From Candidatus Falkowbacteria bacterium (GTDB lineage: Bacteria > Patescibacteriota > Patescibacteriia > Patescibacteriales > UBA12465), in contig JAAZJO010000001.1 of NCBI GenBank assembly GCA_012800315.1, positions 773 through 64,772 on the forward strand: DNA of 64,000 nt. Reading direction: 5' to 3'. Both the position numbers and the translations under genes were made by a program. This document shows, in pieces, positions 28,201-36,135 of this stretch (position 1 is its first letter; the number at the start of each line of letters is the position of its first letter). The notes under the pieces were generated by a model that saw only the letters and a list, made by a program, of their open reading frames with translations, searched no databases and had not been told where the DNA came from.

Positions 28201-31200
28201 GTATTATTTGAATCAAAACAACAAGCGCTTGAATGATCACCGCAGCTCGCCTGATCAGTTAAGCCGGCACAATCCACACAAATACCTTCTGGGTGTTCTG
28301 TAGTAATGGAGCAATATTTAGAGCTACTACCAAAACAATTACAGGCCGCATCACGTGCCGCCGTAGTTTCTCCAGCCTGCGCACAACCAGAACAATAACC
28401 ATAAGTATTATTATTGTTTGTGATATCAGAACCACATTTTCCAGTACAAGTTAAGCCAGCACAGCAATCTTGTTTTTCATATCCCAAACGACAACAACAC
28501 TCACAAGTCGGAACAACATTAATAACACAATTATCCGCCTCACCAGCCACTAAATTATCAACGCACTTAGCGTCTTTAGCTGAACAAACTTTATCAGAGA
28601 CACAACGTCCTTCTTTGTTTATTTCTTGACAATTTAAACCGGCATCACAAGTGCGACGACATTTACCTGCCTCCCCGTCTTGAACACAAGTTCTATTGCC
28701 AGTCTTAGTCCAACCAGCTGGACAAGAAGCTGCCCAAGCAATTTCCCATTGTCCTGAACTATTACAAGTCTTTTCAACAGTCTCCATCTCAGCGGCAGAA
28801 ACACAACGATAAGAAAGCATCGTGCCCGTAAAAGCACCTATATTGCCGCGCTCACGCCAAGTATTTATTGTTTCCTCTTTATACGGTTCAACTGCCACCG
28901 TGTTTTTATAAAATTTATTACAATAAGCTAATTTATCAATTCCGGACCCTGAAAATCCATCAGGATCTGTCTCCCAAGCCCCAGTCTCTAAGTTCCAATG
29001 CTGATTAACTTTTCCGGACCAATACATAATACGCGGAATCTTATTCGCTGACTGATTAACTAGTTTCGGAATATAAATCTTAGTTGGAAAATCACAAACA
29101 CCTTGACTATCTTTTTTATTTTGGACACATCTATCTAGTTCACTATTATAAGTACAAGTAGATTCATCACACCCGGGAACATTCTGACAACTATTATCAC
29201 AAGTACCTATTATTTTTTGATAGCTAGTTAGAGCTGAGGAGCAAGAACCCGGACTATTTGGACAACTAACTCCTTGATAACAAGAACCTAAATATTTTGA
29301 TAAACCTAAACAACTATCAAAAATTGAAGGAAGATTATCAGGGCTCGGATCATCTTCGGTGCCAGTATTATTTCCATCTATCTCAGTACTAAAACTCCAC
29401 TCAAAAACTGATGTTGGAATATTTACAAAACACTCACTCAAAGAAGCAACACATTGTCCTTTTTTATAAGTATTTGATGGACAGCATATTTTTCCTGCTC
29501 CCGCTGAACAACCATCATCATTAAGACATTCGGCCACTGTAAAATTAAGTTCATTACTACTTCTCTGATTATGAGTATTAACAATTTTAACACCGCCAGT
29601 AGTTGCGTCTGAGGGCACCTCTGCTTTAATTTTATCAGCACCACCTTCTTTTAAAACATTACCCGTCTCATCACCACTGCCTGTTACTGTTTTATCTAAA
29701 TAAAATTTAACGGCAATATTACTTGTTTTTCTACCAAAATATTCCCCCCAAAAAGCAACCGCCGTTCCAGCTGTTCCTTGTCCGGGATCAATTTTACATA
29801 AACTAGGCGCTAAAGCTAAATTATTATTAAGCTGAAAAACATTTGGATTTAAGTTTTGGGTAGAAATAATAGTCTCGCCTAAATCAATTTCTATTTGATA
29901 AAAATCTTCAGCCATTTCTGGCGCTTTCACAATTATTTGATGATCATTCCAAACAGAGTTAGCACAAATACTGGGGAAAGAATAAGAAGCCTCTATTTTA
30001 TTGCTTCCGCTAACAAAATAAACATGACTATTGCCTCTTGAGCCCCCAAAACCAGCTCCAGTAATTGTAATGTATTGCCCTACTGGACCACGCGAAACTT
30101 TTTGCCCATTTTCATCAACTTCTAGTGGAGTAAAAGATTTAATATAGGGACCAGAGTTTTCATCAGCTAATTTAGTAAATTTTAGAAAATTACTTTTTTG
30201 TACCTTACCCTCCACCACCGTCTCAACAAAGCTGCCAGAATCTCCTTTTCTAATATTAGGAATAGTTGAGGTGCCAGTTAGACCGCTCTGATCATTAAAA
30301 GAAGAATACAGAGCACCAACGTTGGATTTATAATTACCAAAATAAGCCTTGCCAGCATATAAATTAACTCCTTGATAATTAACTTGGGAATTTAAAGCTC
30401 CGACTACTGGATCAAGAGTGCAAAGCCCTGGACGACTAATATTATTAACTATTAAGTTATTTATTTTTGGTCCATTCTCATCGCCAGTTTTATCCGATAA
30501 GTTATCTTTAGTGATAACTTCAATTTGACCACTTTGCGCACCGCTTGGAATAGCAATGATAATTTGTTCATCACTCCAAAAATCAACACAAGCTGTATTT
30601 ATAGCTGAAGGGGAAACACCAACCCGAGGTGAATCAGTGCCTAAAAAAATCACCTGACTAAGCTCTGCGTCATATTCACCAAAGTTTTTTCCGATTATTG
30701 TTAAAAAATTATTAACAGCACCATTTGGAGTTTCTGTGTCACAAGTCCCCGCTCCACAATCATCATCTGATAAACAGGCTTTATTAATATTGTTATCGCA
30801 AAAACCACCAACCGGACTAATTCCTAAAATAACTGGAGAACCAACACAAAGACATGATTCCGGATCACAAGTAGTGTATTCTGAGCAACGATTATTATCG
30901 GCATCGCAACGCGCATTTGTTAAGTCGGCATCACAAGAAGAACCCGCACTACCTTGTGGTTGACATTTACAATCTTGGTCACAAAAATAGCCACTGGCAC
31001 AAATTTGATTATTGGCCTGACAAACACCAGAAATTGTATTAGCATTACAATCTTTTGGTATAACAAAGCAATTATCAGTTGAACCAATACAATTTCCCCA
31101 ATGACCGCCCGAGCAAAACATCGCCCCACCACAACCACAAGACAGCGAAGTTCCATCAACACACACACTACCACTACCATCACCAGAAGTTGCTCCGCCC

Positions 31201-31586
31201 AACTTATTTAAAATAAAAATAGCAATCGCCCAAGATGATAAAATAATTACTAAACCAATGGTAGCGTTTTTTAAAATCTTTTTTGCGCCAGTAATTTTCT
31301 CTTCATCGCCGCCCGACATCAACCACTTAAAACCAGCATAAATAATTAATAAAACAGCGATAATACCAAGAAGACCTAATAGAATATTAATTATTCTCCC
31401 AGCAATCGCCCGCGGATCAGTACTAACCAAAACTCCATCCAGACCTGAATCAACTTCTCCCATGCCAAAATCAGCTTGTGCTAAAGCAAACTTAGTAAAA
31501 AATAAACAAGCAATTAAACAAAACCCAAAAATGTATTTTTTAATGTTTTTTTTGTTCATTTTTTTATTCATTTTATTTATTGACAA
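25260..31586 (-). CDS. Giant (~2100 aa) pilin-headed surface protein with IPT/TIG, Cys-rich, Ig-like and FN3 domains
   Basis: N-terminal VirB2/TrbC-like hairpin (IIYAGFKWLMSGGDEEKITGAKKILKNATIGL); G..ITI.G..FG..W.D.QI TIG repeats; P......VCRNA.I...FN..M Ig-like domain; FN3-like C-terminus. True start may be a few codons downstream. Confidence 0.8.
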   Translation of the reverse strand: MSINKMNKKMNKKNIKKYIFGFCLIACLFFTKFALAQADFGMGEVDSGLDGVLVSTDPRAIAGRIINILLGLLGIIAVLLIIYAGFKWLMSGGDEEKITGAKKILKNATIGLVIILSSWAIAIFILNKLGGATSGDGSGSVCVDGTSLSCGCGGAMFCSGGHWGNCIGSTDNCFVIPKDCNANTISGVCQANNQICASGYFCDQDCKCQPQGSAGSSCDADLTNARCDADNNRCSEYTTCDPESCLCVGSPVILGISPVGGFCDNNINKACLSDDDCGAGTCDTETPNGAVNNFLTIIGKNFGEYDAELSQVIFLGTDSPRVGVSPSAINTACVDFWSDEQIIIAIPSGAQSGQIEVITKDNLSDKTGDENGPKINNLIVNNISRPGLCTLDPVVGALNSQVNYQGVNLYAGKAYFGNYKSNVGALYSSFNDQSGLTGTSTIPNIRKGDSGSFVETVVEGKVQKSNFLKFTKLADENSGPYIKSFTPLEVDENGQKVSRGPVGQYITITGAGFGGSRGNSHVYFVSGSNKIEASYSFPSICANSVWNDHQIIVKAPEMAEDFYQIEIDLGETIISTQNLNPNVFQLNNNLALAPSLCKIDPGQGTAGTAVAFWGEYFGRKTSNIAVKFYLDKTVTGSGDETGNVLKEGGADKIKAEVPSDATTGGVKIVNTHNQRSSNELNFTVAECLNDDGCSAGAGKICCPSNTYKKGQCVASLSECFVNIPTSVFEWSFSTEIDGNNTGTEDDPSPDNLPSIFDSCLGLSKYLGSCYQGVSCPNSPGSCSSALTSYQKIIGTCDNSCQNVPGCDESTCTYNSELDRCVQNKKDSQGVCDFPTKIYIPKLVNQSANKIPRIMYWSGKVNQHWNLETGAWETDPDGFSGSGIDKLAYCNKFYKNTVAVEPYKEETINTWRERGNIGAFTGTMLSYRCVSAAEMETVEKTCNSSGQWEIAWAASCPAGWTKTGNRTCVQDGEAGKCRRTCDAGLNCQEINKEGRCVSDKVCSAKDAKCVDNLVAGEADNCVINVVPTCECCCRLGYEKQDCCAGLTCTGKCGSDITNNNNTYGYCSGCAQAGETTAARDAACNCFGSSSKYCSITTEHPEGICVDCAGLTDQASCGDHSSACCFDSNNTSTPDDDYCRGIKDSTVISDDKNSANYGYCSYYGCSLNDPYVCASTTPVKIGYFKKIDSCLSGCQAGVGSDYCRFFDNDQEKCSNEANCCYDKTTSKCKSGNKIETGENKGYCAYYACQSAADNPLACETTPTTTPKFSSIEECNDKCGNPSVGAGLDCSDSQTKDRCDFNACGTNGFACLQETGAGGEGSDCGACCCNPEAEIDPCVSETTPNLHCLANVGNCSGANRGLCCGCSQDSDCGSIATIGCNSSTCCEARPSIIETSPIASETNVCRNATIRIVFNQPMNVSSFSDNFLLYEELEYGKKLCPAGTFLAENITTEDLINSQTKNIFVHIWKKINSKISRVFNNSNKRALAEAPSADKLYCRVPGSVSAVQNGSQTELIFSPKNLLSPAANFYVVVKGDENLDSRTGVLSYSGVGMKGSGFKDGEMNNKPVTFNKTSYQNSYSFKFVTLPSQGVNAGICAIDNVKIRPASYLFKTTSNDLNENDSDILNPTFDTVADRDKLFSAGAYSVDGKLLNPVEGYSWDWTWSINNDQAFATSAPLSQNSLLVSAKAGATDVEAKLKATIDMSKYLSNDCSASGSGCNKIKTGNGYYNTSDLYIFLCQNPWPAVNSDGTWSPWLDKGQGDDYSSYNYKFYYCRDAGTAETFDDLPAISNNPISKKGSFSNLLKETYFFRETILPSGNIVEVRDMKNGGEVEVKWESSVDQVDSYKIYYLRSGRGLMMSKKIKPEGICSKEGSVYKCTYKIDGLTNNQQYIFKLTIVATNKTESALSNEVMATPTDKKAPATPTGLDVIIKNSMFNFSWQANNDDTAFYRLYHGISSGKYAETFDSIGTENNLSFPLNKFPQGANYFAISAIDSFGNESDKVEKEYYFNAEENGERRSDVLVWRRATSKLETPLGTDCLVEMDIESKNPYLPVCDENEKLTSPGAFVGKIALAAGHPYCSVSGCNFNRGFVNPAKCEYYTGSWTNNCYILN

Positions 31587-34300
31587 TTACCATCAACCCC
31601 CAAAACATTAGTCGCCGTACCAAAACAACAAGAAGGACTAGTTTCTGTCGCTACACAAGACTCACTAGCGCTAGGCTTATAGCAATTTTGATAAATATCT
31701 CTAATACCTGAACCAGCTTGAACATGATAAGTCATTGATTCTAAAAGAGGAGTATGCATTATCCAAGAAATTGTTTTGTCTGGCTCGCCATCAAGTGATT
31801 GAAAGGGAGTTTCTATATCAATATTTTCATTTTTCACCCAATAACCAACTGCTTGATTAGCTGAACTCCATAAATTTATTAATTTATGTTCAACCGTCGT
31901 TAGCCCGTTATTTACCTTACGACTACCAGTGGTTAAAGTACTATTCATCATTAAAGTATTCCAAGCTATTTTTATCGGCTCAGCTAAGCCCACCCCCGTT
32001 GCTCCTTGAACTGGAGTAATTGATTCAATCTTCGGTGGCGTCAAATTAATCGTATTATTAACAAAGAAAGAAAAGCGATAATTATCTTTCTTATTATGAT
32101 TATCCTCAGCACTAAAATTATCATTATAAAAATTTAGTGGCCCATCTGAAACATTATTACGATCACCATCAAAAGAATTAAGAGCCAAATCAACCACTCC
32201 ATTAATTTGAGCGCTAGCGCTTGGATAATTATTACCGTCAATATCTTGGCAAGTGTTATAACCCAAAGATGTTGGTGAACAAATATTATAAGGGGAGTAA
32301 GCTGTGCAATCCGCATTAGTTGAACAAGTTTTTAAATCAGCTGTTTTCATTTTTACAGCTAAATGGCTACCCCCCGGCAAGCAATAAATTTTTTCCCCAC
32401 AACCATTAACTCCACATTCTTTATCCGAAATAAACTCTACTGTTCTATAAGCATTGCTCACAATAAATCTCCCCGCCACATAATCCCCCACGCAAGTTTT
32501 TGCTCCAACTGCCCCCTCGCATTTATAAGACTGACAATCAGAATCAGCAACACAAGGCAAGCCATCAGCAAAACTATCTGCCTTATAATTAACTACCTTA
32601 ATATAATCAGCTACCTCTGAAGCCAAACCAGCAATCTTTATCGGATTAACTGGTTCATCAAAATTTAACTGAATAACTGTATTCATCGGCACATCTTTTC
32701 TGTCTCTAACTTCATCCAAGCTCTGACGATCCTGACCACCAGCTGGCGGAGTAATTTGTAAAGCACTTGGGTTGCTAGTACTAACTTCAATCTTATTGCC
32801 ACTAGCTCCAGCCACTTTAGAAACTAAACTAATTTTTGCATCACCGGTGTTAGAAACATCAAAAGAGGAATTGCCGCTTAAAATTGCATAAATACTTCTC
32901 ACTTGCTCCGAAAAATCACCTTCTGGATTTATTTTTATAATATTAGCGCCAGAATTTGTGCTAGAAAAAGTATAAGTATCAGAACCAAGTGTAAGTGTGT
33001 CTGCTAATTGTTCTGGCGACATCTCAATCAGCCAAGCATTGCCAGCACTCCGATTATCAGCGGTTAAAGTAAAGTAACCAGCAAATTTAGCCGTATTTTG
33101 AGCATCAAAACTAGCCGAACCTAAAAGATTAGTGTCGTTATTGCCATCAAATAGCTGTACTTTAGACGTATCAGCAGAAATCACTGCTTTAAACTGCGTT
33201 AATGTTCCTTGATAATTAAGCGGAGCAGCTACCGCTACTGGCGATTCACCAATTGAAGTAATTTTCTCAACCTTGGCGGCTTGATAAACTTTAGGCATGG
33301 CCTTAACAGTAATTGAACCTTCTGCTTTTTTTGCCTCGGCAGTTTTATTACTTACATCATTTTCATTATCCGGCAGAGGGAAAATGCCACCCACAACTAC
33401 TTGAGGCGGAGTTAAATCAATTCGCGAACTAACTTCAAATCTCCAATTAAAATAATTATCATAACAATTTTTAAACATGGAAGTGTCATCTATTTTTTTA
33501 ACCTTATCAGTCATTTTAACCGAATACCAAACATTATTAACTCCATCCCCTAAATAACTAAGAGGGGTTAAAACTAAAGTTCGGCTATCACTAGAAATAG
33601 AAACTTTAACTTCAGTTATATTAGCATTTACTTTTGGACAACTATTATTACAGGAATCTCCCAATTCTGTTTTAAAGATTCTAATGCTTTCCGGATTCAT
33701 ATTACTGCAATCATTATTATTACAAGCACAAGCAGAGCCAGAAGCATCAACACAGACACTTTCCGCTTTCAGTGGTTCTTTAAAAGTAATTGTAATTGCA
33801 CTATTGCGCGCTACATCAGTTTGCTTATTTTCTGGATAAACAGTATCAACTGAGCAAGCGCCAATAGCGCTTAGGCCACTATTAGTCGTCAAGGAGATGC
33901 GTCCAATACCACCTTGATTACTCCCCTCTTTAACACCCGTTGCCTCTGATAACTTAGATAAAATAAAAGTAGCTATTGACCAAGAAGATAAAATAATTAT
34001 TAAACCAATAACAGCGTTTTTCAAAATTTTTTTAGCCTTAGTAATTTTATCTTCATCGCCTCCCGAAGTTGTCCATAAAAATCCAGCATAAATTACTAAA
34101 AGCAAAGCGATTACCCCTAGAAAACTTAAAGTAATTTGAATAATACGACCAGCGATTGCGCGCGGATCAGCTTGTGATAAATTAATTACTTCCGCCACCG
34201 GCTCTGTGCCAAAATCAGCTTGCGCCAAAACAAAATTAGCCCCAACTGAAAAAACAATTAAGCTGAAAACAAAAATAAATACTTTAACTTTTTTTAACAT
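31577..34300 (-). CDS. Pilin-headed surface protein with SbsA/Big_5-like Ig domains
   Basis: Same VirB2/TrbC-like N-terminus; YPENKQTDVARNSAITITF, DLTPPQV, NLTPPKIESITP Ig-like motifs; Cys clusters. Confidence 0.8.
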   Translation of the reverse strand: MLKKVKVFIFVFSLIVFSVGANFVLAQADFGTEPVAEVINLSQADPRAIAGRIIQITLSFLGVIALLLVIYAGFLWTTSGGDEDKITKAKKILKNAVIGLIIILSSWSIATFILSKLSEATGVKEGSNQGGIGRISLTTNSGLSAIGACSVDTVYPENKQTDVARNSAITITFKEPLKAESVCVDASGSACACNNNDCSNMNPESIRIFKTELGDSCNNSCPKVNANITEVKVSISSDSRTLVLTPLSYLGDGVNNVWYSVKMTDKVKKIDDTSMFKNCYDNYFNWRFEVSSRIDLTPPQVVVGGIFPLPDNENDVSNKTAEAKKAEGSITVKAMPKVYQAAKVEKITSIGESPVAVAAPLNYQGTLTQFKAVISADTSKVQLFDGNNDTNLLGSASFDAQNTAKFAGYFTLTADNRSAGNAWLIEMSPEQLADTLTLGSDTYTFSSTNSGANIIKINPEGDFSEQVRSIYAILSGNSSFDVSNTGDAKISLVSKVAGASGNKIEVSTSNPSALQITPPAGGQDRQSLDEVRDRKDVPMNTVIQLNFDEPVNPIKIAGLASEVADYIKVVNYKADSFADGLPCVADSDCQSYKCEGAVGAKTCVGDYVAGRFIVSNAYRTVEFISDKECGVNGCGEKIYCLPGGSHLAVKMKTADLKTCSTNADCTAYSPYNICSPTSLGYNTCQDIDGNNYPSASAQINGVVDLALNSFDGDRNNVSDGPLNFYNDNFSAEDNHNKKDNYRFSFFVNNTINLTPPKIESITPVQGATGVGLAEPIKIAWNTLMMNSTLTTGSRKVNNGLTTVEHKLINLWSSANQAVGYWVKNENIDIETPFQSLDGEPDKTISWIMHTPLLESMTYHVQAGSGIRDIYQNCYKPSASESCVATETSPSCCFGTATNVLGVDGNCQ

Positions 34301-34395
34301 GAAATATGATGAAAAACTTCTAAATTATTCTTCCTTTTGATATAATTTAGATAAACTTATTATAACATAAAAGCAGTAAAAAGAAAAAGCATTTT

Positions 34396-35868
34396 ATGAC
34401 TATTGAACAAATTATAAAAAAGTTCAAAGAAAGCCATCCAGATGAAGATTTTTCTATTCTAGAAAAAGCCTATAAATTCGCTGAAATGGCTCATGAAGGA
34501 CAAACAAGAAAAAGTGGTGAACCCTATATTCAGCACCCTCTTCATACTGCCTTTCTTTTAGCGGAAATTAAGGCTGATTTATCAACTGTGACTGCCGGTA
34601 TTCTGCATGATGTGCCAGAAGATACTAATCATAGCCTAGAAGAAATAAAAGAAATCTTTGGAACTGATGTTTATAATTTAGTTAAGGGAGTAACTAAATT
34701 AGGTAAAATTAAATACCGCGGCATTGAGCGCTATAGAGAAAATTTAAAAAAAATGTTTTTAGCCATGACTAATGACTTGCGCGTTATTTTTATCAAATTT
34801 TGTGATCGTCTACATAATTTACGCACACTAGAAAATCTGCCTCCAGAAAAACAAAAAAGAATTGCCCAGGAAACACTAGAAATTTACGCCCCAATTGCTG
34901 GTCTCTTGGGTATTGGTCGTTTAAAATGGCAAATGGAGGATCTTTGTTTTAAATATTTATACCCAGACCAATATCATGAACTAGAATATAAATATGAAGT
35001 AGAAAAAAGAGTTGAACGCAATCGTTTTTTCCAAAAAATAAAAAACATTCTTATTCCTAAACTAGAAGAAGCCGGTATAAAATTTGAAATTGAGGCCCGT
35101 TTTAAGCACCTATACAGCATTTATAATAAAATGCAGGAAAAGGATAAACAATTTGATGAAATTTATGATATTTTTGGGCTACGCCTCATCGTTGAAACAG
35201 TTAATGATTGTTATAAAACTTTAGGCATAATTCATGCTCTCTGGCGCCCAAAGCCTAATCGCTTTAAAGACTATATTGCTGTACCAAAACCAAATGGCTA
35301 CCGTTCTTTACACACCACTGTTTTTGGCCCAGAAGGAACATTGGCAGAGTTTCAAATCAGAACTAAAGAAATGCATGAAGAGTCTATTTATGGTTTAGCT
35401 GCTCATTGGTATTATAAATCAAAGAAAGAGGCTGGTAATTATCAATCACCTGCCTGGGTAAAAGAAATTGTTGAAATTCAAAAAGAAATCACTAATACCA
35501 CTGAATTAGTCACTAATATCAAAATGGATGTTTTCCGTGATCGTATTTTTATTTTTTCTCCCAAAGGAGATGTTTTTGAATTACCAGAAGGAGCCACGCC
35601 AATTGATTTTGCCTACGCGGTTCACAGCAACATTGGCAATAAAGCCGCCCGCGTTATTATTAATGATAAACTAGGTCGGCTTGATCAAGAATTAAAAAAC
35701 GGTGATTTAGTTGAAATTATTATTGAAAAAAATCGTGAATATCCGAATCGGGATTGGTTAAAATTTGTTAAAACAAAACGCGCCCGTGATCGTATTAAAC
35801 AATTTGCTAAAAAATCAACTTTTGATAATATTAAACGTTTTCTGCCTGGAATAAAAAAATCCTCCTAA
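34396..35868 (+). CDS. rel: RelA/SpoT homolog (HD + synthetase + TGS, no ACT domain)
   Basis: RKSGEPYIQHP, LHDVPED, DRLHN, RFKDY, NGYRSLHT, EFQIRT, TPIDFAYAVH. Confidence 0.93.
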   Translation: MTIEQIIKKFKESHPDEDFSILEKAYKFAEMAHEGQTRKSGEPYIQHPLHTAFLLAEIKADLSTVTAGILHDVPEDTNHSLEEIKEIFGTDVYNLVKGVTKLGKIKYRGIERYRENLKKMFLAMTNDLRVIFIKFCDRLHNLRTLENLPPEKQKRIAQETLEIYAPIAGLLGIGRLKWQMEDLCFKYLYPDQYHELEYKYEVEKRVERNRFFQKIKNILIPKLEEAGIKFEIEARFKHLYSIYNKMQEKDKQFDEIYDIFGLRLIVETVNDCYKTLGIIHALWRPKPNRFKDYIAVPKPNGYRSLHTTVFGPEGTLAEFQIRTKEMHEESIYGLAAHWYYKSKKEAGNYQSPAWVKEIVEIQKEITNTTELVTNIKMDVFRDRIFIFSPKGDVFELPEGATPIDFAYAVHSNIGNKAARVIINDKLGRLDQELKNGDLVEIIIEKNREYPNRDWLKFVKTKRARDRIKQFAKKSTFDNIKRFLPGIKKSS

Positions 35869-35881
35869 GGGAGGATTTTTT
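35853..35881. terminator. Bidirectional terminator between rel and rpsU, overlapping the rel stop codon
   Basis: AAAAAAATCCTCC-TAAG-GGAGGATTTTTT. Confidence 0.75.
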
Positions 35882-35901
35882 ATAAAAAAGATAGTTAAAA
35901 A

Positions 35902-36135
35902 CTATGATCTTCTTGTGCTTTCCGGTAACTTACCAATACGACGTAAATGTTCATTTTTTTTACTCAAAGCTAAACCAGCTAAAGCATGCTTCTTTTGAAG
36001 ACGTTTAGTCATTTTAGGCTCAATATACTGTTTAGATCTCGCTTTCTCCAATCTTTTATTGTTTTTTAAGCCTTTTTTAAATTTTCGTAAAAAACTCTCA
36101 AAACTTTCTCCGGGTTTTCTTTTAAAGTCTGCCAT
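35902..36135 (-). CDS. rpsU: 30S ribosomal protein bS21
   Basis: KRKPGESFESFLRKFKK...YIEPK pattern; small basic protein. Confidence 0.8.
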   Translation of the reverse strand: MADFKRKPGESFESFLRKFKKGLKNNKRLEKARSKQYIEPKMTKRLQKKHALAGLALSKKNEHLRRIGKLPESTRRS

